From assembly GCA_023447635.1 (NCBI GenBank), contig JAEXNA010000221.1, forward strand, positions 4,063 to 68,062: DNA of 64,000 nt. Reading direction: 5' to 3'. The notes beneath the pieces are model-generated. The model did not search any database. It saw nothing but the letters and a program-made list of their open reading frames with translations, and had not been told where the DNA came from. Source of the DNA: Vulcanimicrobiota bacterium. GTDB taxonomy: Bacteria; Vulcanimicrobiota; Xenobia; Xenobiales; JADMJV01. Position numbers and translations under genes: made by a program. This document shows, piece by piece, positions 37,358 to 47,527 of this stretch; within the stretch, counting starts at the first letter, position 1; each line of letters begins with the position of its first letter.

Positions 37358-38430
37358 CCCTCCCCCTGGCGAGCACGCTTGTCGGGCCCATCGGATACTG
37401 TCCTTATCAGGCCTCGGTTCAATCCCCGGGCGACCGACGGCGCTTCCCGACGGTGGCCCGAAAGCTGGGACTGGAATGGCAGGTCTTCCAAGAGGGAACT
37501 CAATATCGCACCATCTACGTCACCAGCAACGCCGACCTCACTCGATTTAGCCGATGGCCGCAAGACGGAACGAAGATCGTCTTCGAGATGGTGGATTCCT
37601 ACCTCGAGGCCCCAACCTGGCACCCGAAGACGATGATCAGGGGGGTCGGCAAGTGGGCACTTGGACACCACCGGCACCTTGAGCTGTCCTACTCCAAAAC
37701 TATTGAGGCGATGTGCCGTCGGGCCGACCTGGTCGTCTGCAGCACCCCCGAACAGCGAGACCGTATGTCGGGATGGAATGGGAATATCCACTGCATCCTC
37801 GACCTCCACGAAGAACTCGGCGCGGCAAGGACCAACGGACGTCCAGACACCGGAACCATCAACATCTTCTGGGAAGGCCTGGGTCAGACTACCGCCCACT
37901 TTGCGGAAATCGCTCGACCCCTTCAAGCCCTGGCCTCAGAACGGCCCATCCGGCTTCACCTGGTGACCGACCTTAGCTACAAAGCTCTGAACGTCCCGGG
38001 GCTGGCCTGGGACACCAAAAAGCGAATGCGCAAACTCCTCGCCGGGGTCAACTTCTTCCTGGCGGAGTGGAATCCAACTGCGATAGAGGCGCTGGCCGCA
38101 ACTTGCGACTTTGCTGTGCTTCCTATCAACCGCTCGGACCGCATGGCTCGTAGCAAGCCCGAAAACCGGCTCCTCATCGCCTGGCACCTCGGCCTACCAG
38201 CCATCGTCTCCGACACCCCAGCCCATACCCGCCTGATGACCGACTACGGCGGCCCGCGCTGGCTCTGCCGCGGTGAAGGGGACTGGTTATCGTCGCTGCG
38301 TGACGCTTGCGACAGCGCTACCGCCAGAGAAAGAGCGAGCCAGGCCGGCCTAGCCTACGCGACCCGCGAGCACTCCACCGAGGTGCTGCTGGGCAAATGG
38401 CAGTCCGCCCTCGCTACCATCAGCAGCTAA
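37339..38430 (+). CDS. hypothetical protein, possibly glycosyltransferase-like (GT-B C-terminal-like)
   Basis: ORF overlapping rfbF end by 19 nt; no clear motif. Confidence 0.3.
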   Translation: MERVDLTLPLASTLVGPIGYCPYQASVQSPGDRRRFPTVARKLGLEWQVFQEGTQYRTIYVTSNADLTRFSRWPQDGTKIVFEMVDSYLEAPTWHPKTMIRGVGKWALGHHRHLELSYSKTIEAMCRRADLVVCSTPEQRDRMSGWNGNIHCILDLHEELGAARTNGRPDTGTINIFWEGLGQTTAHFAEIARPLQALASERPIRLHLVTDLSYKALNVPGLAWDTKKRMRKLLAGVNFFLAEWNPTAIEALAATCDFAVLPINRSDRMARSKPENRLLIAWHLGLPAIVSDTPAHTRLMTDYGGPRWLCRGEGDWLSSLRDACDSATARERASQAGLAYATREHSTEVLLGKWQSALATISS

Positions 38431-39692
38431 CCCCGACCCGACCGCCTCTCCCTCAAGGCACGACGGCGCTCTCTGACCGACATGCGCTGATGCGCCACGG
38501 GGATCGCTCCCCTCTCCCCCTCCTGCCCCAGATTTCCGAGGATAACGAGCAACCCCCAGGCTACGACTCGATGCCGGAAGGCAGTACCCCAATTTGCCGT
38601 TCCCGCCGCCCACACAAGCTCCATCGACAGAAACATTCCAAATAGAAAAAGTGCGTCACCCACGTGACCCCGACGCTTCACGAGAGTCCTGATGAAACAC
38701 CCAAACAGAAAGAGGCGCAAAAAGGACTCTAGCAGGCCATATACATCGAATACTCCTCTTACGTTCCAAGGGAACGGAGCGAACAGGTAATTTACCGCAA
38801 CTATGGGCCCAGTTTTTAGGAAGCCGCGTGTCGACGACGTATCAAGCGCCGTCGAGAAGGCAGAACGACCTTCGCTAACTTTGCCCTGGTATGAGCCGAT
38901 ATATTCTAGTCCCCGGCCATCGAGGGCTTTGTCCACGACCTCCGAGTGCTGCGCGAAAAAATCAAGGACTTTGGGACCGGTGAAAATTATCGAAACGGAG
39001 CCAATGAGCACGGCCAGACCCATGACCCAGGGACGACTCCTCATCGCCCATAACAGGCTTACGGGCAGTACCAGAGCCAAATAGCCGCCGAATCCGTTGT
39101 GCAGATAGGTCAGGCTCAATCCGGACAACAAACAGAGTATTAAACCCTGAAGCAGCTGACCGGTCCTTATCCACAATAGACTACAAACCAGACACAGGAA
39201 GAAACCAACCTGTAACCCCTCACGTAAGACTACAGAGGTGTTCAATAAGACTGATGGGGGCAGGCCGAAGAGAAGAACCAGCCGAGCCGCGGATGCGTTA
39301 ACTTCGAGCAGATAGTGAATTTCTACAAACGCAACTATACCGATCGAGAAACCTAGCTGTGAGATTTCACAGCCCAGTAAGTGGGAACCGCCAAGAGCAT
39401 CATAGATTCCTCGCAGGAACGACGCATACGAGTTTCGCAGAAATAACTCGTACCCTGTACCCATTGCAGCGTGGTTGAAGGCAATGGGATCTCCATTCAC
39501 TGTTGGCAGCGGCCCTACCACAACCTGCAGTAGACTTACCGTCTGCCTCAAGACTAAAAGAACCCAGACGACCTTAGCTAATGCTACGTCATTCCTAATC
39601 CTGTTCGACAGAAAAGGCAGTGCGATGGCGACGAAGCCGAGCCCTATAGCTGAAAGCGAAAACAGCGGCCTACCCTTTGTCCGCCTCAACAA
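38427..39692 (-). CDS. polytopic membrane protein, putative polysaccharide polymerase (Wzy/EpsG-like)
   Basis: ~10 predicted TM segments; located in the glycosylation cassette; no catalytic motif recognised. Confidence 0.35.
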   Translation of the reverse strand: MLRRTKGRPLFSLSAIGLGFVAIALPFLSNRIRNDVALAKVVWVLLVLRQTVSLLQVVVGPLPTVNGDPIAFNHAAMGTGYELFLRNSYASFLRGIYDALGGSHLLGCEISQLGFSIGIVAFVEIHYLLEVNASAARLVLLFGLPPSVLLNTSVVLREGLQVGFFLCLVCSLLWIRTGQLLQGLILCLLSGLSLTYLHNGFGGYLALVLPVSLLWAMRSRPWVMGLAVLIGSVSIIFTGPKVLDFFAQHSEVVDKALDGRGLEYIGSYQGKVSEGRSAFSTALDTSSTRGFLKTGPIVAVNYLFAPFPWNVRGVFDVYGLLESFLRLFLFGCFIRTLVKRRGHVGDALFLFGMFLSMELVWAAGTANWGTAFRHRVVAWGLLVILGNLGQEGERGAIPVAHQRMSVRERRRALRERRSGRG

Positions 39693-41478
39693 GCGCCTTA
39701 AAAAAGGGGCTACTCAGCACCAGATCGTCAAAAGTCCCCTGGTTTTCGATAGCCCCGTTCGCCATAACCACTATGCTGTCGCAATCTCTTAGCAGAGAGA
39801 TTCGGTGAGCAATGACGAGGACAGTCAAATCCTTATCCTCCATCAGGCCACTAACGACCCTACGCTCCGTCTCAGCGTCCAACGCGTTGCTGGCCTCGTC
39901 GAGGACCAGCAGCTCTGGGTTAAGATAGAGCGCCCTTGCGATACCAATTCTCTGCCTCTGACCTCCAGACAGTTTCACTCCCTGCTCACCTAAGTCCGAA
40001 TCATAGGATTTAGCCATAGCTATTACGTGGTCGTGAATCCTAGCTCTCATTGCGGCCGCCACTATCTTTTCAGTATTCCGAAGCTCCGGCTTCACTCCGA
40101 GCGCAATATTCGCTGCAACCGTATCATCGGAGAAGTGCAAAGTCTGAGGGACATACGCCAAACCCTCTGAGGCGTGGACCGCCCGCCTGGTCACAGTTCC
40201 ACTCGTGGGAGTTAGCAGACCTAGTACGATGTCAATTAGCGTCGTCTTCCCGGCTCCTGTGGTTCCCACGACTCCGACCTTCTCTCCCCGAAAAACCTGA
40301 AGGCTCACACCTTTTAGCGATTCGGTGTCTGAATTTGGATACCGATATCTGACCGCCCTCAGTTCTAAAATCGGCTCGGACACCTGACTGTTTGCGATGA
40401 CAGCAGGCCGTGAGTTGAGACTCTCCTTGGGCTCCATGGCGCTTACGATGTTCTCCAGAGCAGCCTTGGAGCCGGCCAGAACCGCCGCGGACGCGAAAAT
40501 CTGCTGCGCTGCAGGCAGCATTCTCACGGCGGCAGCCCCAAATAAAGCAAGGACAGATACGCTTTGCTCGCTATCCCAGCCACCTGTGCTAGCCACCACC
40601 ATAAAAATGACGAGGCCGCTGAAAAGGAAACCTTCGACGAGATATTTTGGCATCAAACTGATATATTGGATACGAGACTGGGCATCACCAAGCAGTCCGG
40701 CTGCGCGCCCAAACCTATCCAGAAAGAATTCGCCATTCCTCGCGACTTTAATCGCCTTAATTCCGGTTAGCGCCTCGTAAACCGCCTTCTGGCGTTCGGT
40801 ATTCTGTAACACAACGACGCTGCCATGATGCACCATTGATTCGTGCTTCAGAAAAAATAGCAACCCATACGCCAAGGAGAATGAGATAGAGGACGCCGCA
40901 GCGATCAAAGGGTGAGATACCAGGAGGAGAAGCAGTATGCATATTATCTCCGACCCCCGGACGCATATCAGAACAAGCTGCTGCAGCACATTCATTACAA
41001 CGGCATTTGCTTCTAAAATGACGGTCTTCGCCAGATTCGCAGTGCTTTGGCCAAGGTGCCATTCATAAGAATTCTCGAGAAACTGGTTAAGCAACCGTGA
41101 GGCGATATGATGATACTGCTTCCACGACAGTCTGATTCCAAAATATGTCGCTAACGCAGACGACGCTGTACCACTTAGACTGCATACCAGGACCAAGATA
41201 CCAAGCGTTCCAGGAGTCGTTACCGGCAGCTTCGCTGCAATACTCTCCGGCAGCTGGCCCCCCAGCACCACGGTAAAAAACAATGAAATCGATGCTACAC
41301 CTAGCGTCTGTAGCAGGCTCGAGCAAACAGAGAGAACGGCGAGTGCGCAGTACTGTCTCTTGCTCTTCGGGTCAAGCAATGAACTTACAGCCCGTAGAAG
41401 CTGGCCATAGCCACCCCCCTCACCACTCTTCACCTCTTCAGTCTCCAACGTCGGGCAATACCAGGACCTGGAGACCAT
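39670..41478 (-). CDS. ABC transporter, fused permease/ATPase (MsbA/exporter type)
   Basis: Walker A GTTGAGKTTLIDIVLGLL, signature LSGGQRQRIGIARAL, Walker B LLVLDEASNALD. Confidence 0.8.
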   Translation of the reverse strand: MVSRSWYCPTLETEEVKSGEGGGYGQLLRAVSSLLDPKSKRQYCALAVLSVCSSLLQTLGVASISLFFTVVLGGQLPESIAAKLPVTTPGTLGILVLVCSLSGTASSALATYFGIRLSWKQYHHIASRLLNQFLENSYEWHLGQSTANLAKTVILEANAVVMNVLQQLVLICVRGSEIICILLLLLVSHPLIAAASSISFSLAYGLLFFLKHESMVHHGSVVVLQNTERQKAVYEALTGIKAIKVARNGEFFLDRFGRAAGLLGDAQSRIQYISLMPKYLVEGFLFSGLVIFMVVASTGGWDSEQSVSVLALFGAAAVRMLPAAQQIFASAAVLAGSKAALENIVSAMEPKESLNSRPAVIANSQVSEPILELRAVRYRYPNSDTESLKGVSLQVFRGEKVGVVGTTGAGKTTLIDIVLGLLTPTSGTVTRRAVHASEGLAYVPQTLHFSDDTVAANIALGVKPELRNTEKIVAAAMRARIHDHVIAMAKSYDSDLGEQGVKLSGGQRQRIGIARALYLNPELLVLDEASNALDAETERRVVSGLMEDKDLTVLVIAHRISLLRDCDSIVVMANGAIENQGTFDDLVLSSPFFKALVEADKG

Positions 41479-41495
41479 AGCCGCTGACGCATGTG

Positions 41496-42611
41496 CTAGT
41501 TCTCCAGCAAACTTTCGTACAATGAGTTTAAGCTGCTCGAGAACTCTTGCCTATTGAACAACTGTTCAACTCTATTTCGCCCCTTGGTACCCAGTTCGAT
41601 TCTTCTCGACGGCGATTTGCACAGGTCTACAATAGCTTTAGCGGCCTCGACTTGATCTCCAGGAGCGACTAGCACTCCGCCGACGCCGTGTTCAAAGAGT
41701 TCACGAATGCCTCCTGAGTCGTATACCACGACCGGCAGGCCAGCTTGCAATGCTTCAAGTGTCGTTCTCGAAAACGACTCTGACTTAGAAAAGTTCAGAA
41801 AGATGTCAGAGGAAACTAGGGATTTCCAAACATCCTCACTTGGACCCTCAAAGCTGATGCGGCTCAAAATTCCGTAACCTTGAGCAAGTCCCAAAAGCTC
41901 CTCACAGAATCTAGGGTCTATCTTTTCACCAATGAACCGCATTGATGCTTCACACCCGGACCCTATGACCTGATGGAATATAGCAAGAGCCTCTTCGTGG
42001 CCCTTTCCGCGTGAGTAATTAGCGAGGTAAAGCAACTCGGGTGAAGCTGATGACGGCGCCATCCTTGGAGTGGATGTCCGAGACCCTTCCAACGTGACGC
42101 AGTCATAAATAACTCGTCCGGAGGCCACAGGCCCAAAATCTCTACTTGCTGCCCTGGAGACAAAGATTACGGCGTCTGCGCTACGCTTCACTATGGCACT
42201 AAACAGTCCATATGCAGGACGGATGTAAGAGTTCCGCATAAGCCGCACGTGATAAATGAGTGTTATGCTCGGACGGACAAGCTTCACCAACGCACCCGTC
42301 ATGTTATACATGTCGTTGCAATGCAACACGCTCACGTTCTTTTTGCTAAGTATAGAGAGAAGATACCAAGTGCTTCGCAGCAGTAAAGGTAGATAAAGTA
42401 AAATCGACCTCCAGCTCCTCTTAAGCTCTCGAAAAGGAACCTCCTCGACCTCGTATCCGGCTTTCATGACAAAATCTATCGCTCCTGAGCGATTTGGCAG
42501 ACAGAACACAATTCGGTAGTTCACCGCTAATACGTCGGCAGTCGCCACCGCTGACCTCAATGCGCCCGTCAATACCAAGGAGTTATCGATCACGGCTACG
42601 CCAGGCTTCAT
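41496..42611 (-). CDS. glycosyltransferase family 4
   Basis: FSKSESFSRTTLEALQAGLPVVVYDSGG (E-x7-E). Confidence 0.75.
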   Translation of the reverse strand: MKPGVAVIDNSLVLTGALRSAVATADVLAVNYRIVFCLPNRSGAIDFVMKAGYEVEEVPFRELKRSWRSILLYLPLLLRSTWYLLSILSKKNVSVLHCNDMYNMTGALVKLVRPSITLIYHVRLMRNSYIRPAYGLFSAIVKRSADAVIFVSRAASRDFGPVASGRVIYDCVTLEGSRTSTPRMAPSSASPELLYLANYSRGKGHEEALAIFHQVIGSGCEASMRFIGEKIDPRFCEELLGLAQGYGILSRISFEGPSEDVWKSLVSSDIFLNFSKSESFSRTTLEALQAGLPVVVYDSGGIRELFEHGVGGVLVAPGDQVEAAKAIVDLCKSPSRRIELGTKGRNRVEQLFNRQEFSSSLNSLYESLLEN

Positions 42612-43528
42612 CGTCGCTTCAACTCAGACCAGAGTTCATCTAGTCTTGTCCTGAAAGAGCACGTCAACACGGCCAAAAAGCGCCGACTTAGGATAGATGT
42701 AGCCCTCAAACTAACAGCGTGGCGCAAAGCAGTCATAACCTGCGTTGCTGGTGCCTTCTGTTCCGCAAGTTTCAACGCTGCCTGCAAATAACGATTGCAG
42801 AGAATACGTTTTGCCGTGGGTCCATACGAAGTCGTAAAGACTTTATCAGCCCTAAGGACACTGACGAACTCCTGAGCACTCTTGAAGAAGTTTGCGGCGT
42901 CTTGACGATTCACGCTCCTGGACGAATGAGAGACGACAGCTGACGAGATATGGGGGGAAAAGACAAATCGGTAACGCGAGCTCAGGATTAGCCATAAACA
43001 ATAGTCTTCGCCATGGACCAAAGTCGCCGAGGGAATAAACATGTGCTTCTCAATAACATCGCGCCGCACGAAGATTGCATTCATCGAAAGACAGTTCTTT
43101 TCGGCGAGGAGACTTTTCACGCAAGTCCTTTGGGGAAATACAAATCGCTCCAATGCGTATCCGGTTGTGTCTACGATTTCGTAACCAAGGTGGACTATCG
43201 GGGGACTACTTGCGGATGAAATCAGCTCCTCCGCAATCTGTAGATGATTGGAATAATAGTAATCGTCCGAGTCCAAGAAACAAATGTAGTCCCCCCTGGA
43301 GCGTTCGATACCGAAGTTTCTTGCAAGATTCCGCTCGCCGTGAGGCTTCCAGAAGTAGGCGAACCTGGGTTCGTCAAATGACTCCAAAACAGCTCGTGAA
43401 TCATCATCGCCCCCATCATCGACGACGATAAGCTCGAAATCCCGGCAGGTCTGACCACGTACTGACTCTAGCGCTCTTGATAGCAAGTGCGCCCTGTTGC
43501 GAGTTGCTATGATTATGGAGAAAAACAC
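42608..43528 (-). CDS. glycosyltransferase family 2
   Basis: MFFSIIIATRNRAHLL...VVDDGGDD...FLDSDD. Confidence 0.8.
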   Translation of the reverse strand: MFFSIIIATRNRAHLLSRALESVRGQTCRDFELIVVDDGGDDDSRAVLESFDEPRFAYFWKPHGERNLARNFGIERSRGDYICFLDSDDYYYSNHLQIAEELISSASSPPIVHLGYEIVDTTGYALERFVFPQRTCVKSLLAEKNCLSMNAIFVRRDVIEKHMFIPSATLVHGEDYCLWLILSSRYRFVFSPHISSAVVSHSSRSVNRQDAANFFKSAQEFVSVLRADKVFTTSYGPTAKRILCNRYLQAALKLAEQKAPATQVMTALRHAVSLRATSILSRRFLAVLTCSFRTRLDELWSELKRR

Positions 43529-43555
43529 AGGTCGAGAAGAAACCTCACCTTCTGA

Positions 43556-44839
43556 TCAGACTGTCGAGTTCTCGACGATCGATAGCCAGCGTTCCATGAC
43601 CCCATTCCCGTGCTTATCTGCAAACGAGTCTGACGTGGCTTGAGACAACGGACCACTATCTAGGGTCTTCAAAATAGCTGTGGCCCATAGTCCCACAAGA
43701 TCCGGAGTAGGCTCGTCACCCAGGAGTGGAAGCAAAGTCCCAAACTTACCATCCAAGGGCAGTAACGGGTGAGATAGTTCAGGGTGAAGAATCTCGCGCG
43801 GACCTGTAGGACAATCAGCGCTGACACATCTAACGCCTAGGATGATGGCTTCTGCAAGAACGTTTGGGAACCCCTCGTACTGCGACGGGAGAACGAATAT
43901 GTCGCTCCGAGCTACAAACCGAAAGGGATTATTCTGTCTGCCTAAGAGAATTACGTCGACAGAATCAGGCCGATTCTCCGCATCCCCAGCTTCAAAGACC
44001 GTGAGGGATAGTGCTCTACATTCCTCGATCAACCTACTTCTCAGCTCCCCGTCACCAAGAATACAAGCGCGCACTGGCCGAGTTCGCTTTAGTTCCTGAA
44101 TCACCCGAAGAAATGGGATGAAACCCTTCTGTGGGTGAAGTCGACCGGATAGGGTCAGGGTCGGCCTTTCGCGAAAATTCTCGTACCAGTCAGGAACTGA
44201 GGCCCTAGCCAAATTCCGTATCTTGGCGCCCTCATAAAAATTAGGAATCGTGACCACACGGCTCCTTGGAAGCCCGAGCTCTTCTATTAGCTCCGTCGCC
44301 AAATCTGTCGACACAGAGACAATCAGGTTCGCGAACCGGTAGAACAAGGGCATTAGCACGTTTAGTCGGATCCAACCTTTGATTCCGGAGATCTCCGTGT
44401 CGTGGAGTTTACTTCCCCTAACACTTGCGATGCGACGCTCACCGTGCAAGAACGTAAGTATATTGGCGTAGTCAGGTCCTTCTAGGAAGCTGATTGAAAC
44501 TGTAGGGCGAAAGCTTAACTTAAGTTTCTGCAGCTTATAGATGCGCTCTAACCAAGCAAGCAGCTTTCCGAACATCCCCGCCCGTCGCTTTGGGGCTAGG
44601 GCGCGTACATCTTGACAGGTAGGATAGGGACTATCAGCTCCCTCAGGTCCGGACAAAACGCATAGACACGTAGGGTAACGCTCCTCAAGAAAGCGGCTTA
44701 GCAATGCCACGGAGCGCTCCGCGCCGCCACCGCCCAGCTCCGACGTTATGAGAAGTACTCGCACCAAAATCTCATCTTGAGGAAGAACTCGACTTGGGCA
44801 GCTCGTCGTCCTGCGCAAAAGACCGAAGAGAAAGCTCAA
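43556..44839 (-). CDS. glycosyltransferase family 4 (true start probably GTG ~44764)
   Basis: VLLITSELGGGGAERS N-terminal motif; VLPSQYEGFPNVLAEAIILGVRCVSADCPTGPREIL. Confidence 0.7.
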   Translation of the reverse strand: MSFLFGLLRRTTSCPSRVLPQDEILVRVLLITSELGGGGAERSVALLSRFLEERYPTCLCVLSGPEGADSPYPTCQDVRALAPKRRAGMFGKLLAWLERIYKLQKLKLSFRPTVSISFLEGPDYANILTFLHGERRIASVRGSKLHDTEISGIKGWIRLNVLMPLFYRFANLIVSVSTDLATELIEELGLPRSRVVTIPNFYEGAKIRNLARASVPDWYENFRERPTLTLSGRLHPQKGFIPFLRVIQELKRTRPVRACILGDGELRSRLIEECRALSLTVFEAGDAENRPDSVDVILLGRQNNPFRFVARSDIFVLPSQYEGFPNVLAEAIILGVRCVSADCPTGPREILHPELSHPLLPLDGKFGTLLPLLGDEPTPDLVGLWATAILKTLDSGPLSQATSDSFADKHGNGVMERWLSIVENSTV

Positions 44840-45980
44840 CGTCCCTTTTCATCTCTTCGGCACTAGACATCTGCAAACCGACCTCAGCAATCAAGTCGGG
44901 CCTTCGTGAGGCAGCCCTGCGTAATTCCTGTTCCACGAACGCGTACATCTCGGCGACGGACAACGTCGGCTCCATCAAACTGCATCCCTTCGGCATCATC
45001 TCCGCGATCTCACGTAACTTTCTATTCCAGGCAACACAGATCGATGAAATGCCGAGGACCCCCCCCACGATAGCGCCGTGAGCGCGAGTGGTTAGTAGCA
45101 AAGAATGTTCTCTAAACTGGTCCGTAAAGCGTCTCAGATCATCCGTAATCGGGCTCCAGACCCGAAGCCGGTTCCCCCATCGGCGTGAAACCTCTTGGTC
45201 ATAGTGCTCCTCGAAGCTATAGACGGCAACATCGTAGCCCCCGTGCTCCAACAGGACACACAGCTCGAGTAGACGATCTAGCAAGTCACCCTGAGAAATT
45301 GGCAGGTCCATCAGCACGACGCCAATGCTTGTCTCTTTCCCCGGGAATCTATGCTCTGTAGGTCCTGCCCAGAGGTCGGTAAGGAATGCTAGGTCTGTAC
45401 CCAGCCGTTGTTCGCCTCGAAATCGAATTCTGCGGAGAAACGATTCGCTCCGGATGTCGCGGGGATATATCGCATCGTAGCTGCCTAATTCGGAAACAGC
45501 ACGTAGATACTTGCTTGAACTTTGGGTATATGGACCCAGCCCAATTCCTACGCCCAGACGTCGATGAAATCTCAGATTGAGCTCCTTACGACTTCTCCTC
45601 CGAATCCAGCTTTCGAGACAGTACGCCTGATCCGGAGTTAGCATTCGAGACAGTAAGTTCAGAGCGAACGAAACCGGGGAGCCTTGATCTGAATCCTTGT
45701 ACAGTCCCCCACCCCCATTAAATACGAGATCATAGTAGTGCCTGTGAGTCCAGTCGACTATTCGAACCTCACTCCCCAACAGGCGACTAATGTAACGGTG
45801 ATAGTCTGCCGGTGCTCTGCAATCTGCGTTGCTAGATGTGTTCCCCGAGTAAACGTCAACGACTGCACCTGGAAGACAAGATGATATTAAACGAAAAGCA
45901 ACCAGGCAGAGGATGTCATCACCAAGGTTCCCAAATCCATAATAACCCTTCAGTAGGACACTTCGAGGCGCGATATTCAT
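44772..45980 (-). CDS. polysaccharide pyruvyl transferase (CsaB/WcaK family)
   Basis: N-terminal LLKGYYGFGNLGDDILCLVAF matches the GYYGxxNxGDD signature. Confidence 0.65.
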   Translation of the reverse strand: MNIAPRSVLLKGYYGFGNLGDDILCLVAFRLISSCLPGAVVDVYSGNTSSNADCRAPADYHRYISRLLGSEVRIVDWTHRHYYDLVFNGGGGLYKDSDQGSPVSFALNLLSRMLTPDQAYCLESWIRRRSRKELNLRFHRRLGVGIGLGPYTQSSSKYLRAVSELGSYDAIYPRDIRSESFLRRIRFRGEQRLGTDLAFLTDLWAGPTEHRFPGKETSIGVVLMDLPISQGDLLDRLLELCVLLEHGGYDVAVYSFEEHYDQEVSRRWGNRLRVWSPITDDLRRFTDQFREHSLLLTTRAHGAIVGGVLGISSICVAWNRKLREIAEMMPKGCSLMEPTLSVAEMYAFVEQELRRAASRRPDLIAEVGLQMSSAEEMKRDVELSLRSFAQDDELPKSSSSSR

Positions 45981-46073
45981 CTCTTGCTCTCCAAATGGGC
46001 TTGGCTTTCACGAAAGACTTGAAGCCCTGTACGACAAAGTGCGCTCGGCCAGACGTGCTAAGCACGCTTAGCC

Positions 46074-47426
46074 CTAGACGCTAACGTGGCCGGAGCCTCG
46101 GCCAAGGACTAAAATCTCGGCGTCGAAATCCCGGCCTCGGGTAACTCCACGCGTGTCGACTACTCGCGTTGCGAGATGGCACAAGACGGTCAAGTCCATG
46201 ACATCGTGGACGGTCAATAACACTACTACGTCGTAGTGCTCGTGCCCAAGTGCACTCGAGGTCACGCTCTGGACCTTTCTGCCATCACGGAGCTTTATTT
46301 CAGGAGCCAGGGGATCGAAGTAGGAGACCACTGCTCCTCGGGCGTCTAGATAGTCAAAAACCCTTAAGCTTGGTGATTCGCGATAGTCCCCAATATTCGG
46401 TTTGTAAGCTGCCCCTACGAGCAAGACTTGCGCGCCGCGCAGTCCCTTTTCTCCCAGAATCTCTCCCACTAGGTCTACTACGTGGCGTGGCATCCGGTCA
46501 TTCAACTCGCCGGCCAACTCGATAAACCGGGTGCGGAAATCAAACTCTCTAGCCTTCCAGGTTAGATAAAACGGATCCAACGGAATGCAGTGCCCACCGA
46601 TTCCCGGACCTGGATAAAAGGGCATAAAACCGTACGGCTTTGTGCTTGCCAACTCGATGATCTCCCAGACATCCAAGTCCATCGCCCGACACAGCAAAGA
46701 GAGTTCATTCACCAAGGCAATATTTACTGATCGAAAGATATTCTCGAAGAGTTTCTCCATCTCTGCCGCCCGTGTCGAAGACGCGACCTTCACCAGATTG
46801 GCATCTCCCAAAAGGTTCTCGTAGACTAGGCGGGTCACCGCCGCGCTGCGCCCGTCCGCACCACCAAGGACTTTAGTTGTATTCGACGTGTTGTAGTGCG
46901 GGTTCCCCGGATCAACTCGCTCGGGAGAGAATGCTAGAAAATAGTCTCCGCCCACTTCGGAGACGCGACCGCCCGCTTCGAGAGCGGGTAGCACGATTTC
47001 ATTCGTCGTCCCGGGGTAGGTCGTACTCTCAAGAATCACTAGGCTTCCCGGGCGGATGTGCTGACCAATAATATAGCTTACTTTTTCCACATATGAGACG
47101 TCGGGCTCTAAATTGCGTGACAAGGGCGTCGGGACGCAAATCACAATTACGTCGCTCGACCCGATAACGGCAAAATCGGTGGTCGGACTCAGCTTGTTAA
47201 GCAATCCTGCAAGGTCCTGAAGGGCTGGTTCGACGTAGTCCCTACCTGCAAGTAGTGCGTCGACCTTGTCCTGCTGCTCTTCGATGCCGTATACAGCATA
47301 ACCACGGCTAGCAAACCCCTTGGCTAACGGAAGTCCGACGTAGCCAAGTCCAATGACGGCGATCACGGCCGTCTTCGTGGTGATCTTCTCCTGGAGCGCG
47401 TTAAAATATCCGTCAGTCTCAAGCAT
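46074..47426 (-). CDS. nucleotide-sugar dehydrogenase (UDP-GlcNAc/ManNAc 6-dehydrogenase, WecC/TviB-like)
   Basis: VIGLGYVGLPLAKGFA Rossmann motif; ...VICVPTP...; central and C-terminal UDPG_MGDP_dh-like regions. Confidence 0.75.
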   Translation of the reverse strand: MLETDGYFNALQEKITTKTAVIAVIGLGYVGLPLAKGFASRGYAVYGIEEQQDKVDALLAGRDYVEPALQDLAGLLNKLSPTTDFAVIGSSDVIVICVPTPLSRNLEPDVSYVEKVSYIIGQHIRPGSLVILESTTYPGTTNEIVLPALEAGGRVSEVGGDYFLAFSPERVDPGNPHYNTSNTTKVLGGADGRSAAVTRLVYENLLGDANLVKVASSTRAAEMEKLFENIFRSVNIALVNELSLLCRAMDLDVWEIIELASTKPYGFMPFYPGPGIGGHCIPLDPFYLTWKAREFDFRTRFIELAGELNDRMPRHVVDLVGEILGEKGLRGAQVLLVGAAYKPNIGDYRESPSLRVFDYLDARGAVVSYFDPLAPEIKLRDGRKVQSVTSSALGHEHYDVVVLLTVHDVMDLTVLCHLATRVVDTRGVTRGRDFDAEILVLGRGSGHVSV

Positions 47427-47527
47427 ACCGGGCAGTTCTCGGCACCGACGAAGCGCCCTCCAAGGGTTTAAGAAACCATAATGTTCTCCCGACAGGCGTC
47501 ATTACCACGAATTGATTGCAGAATGAC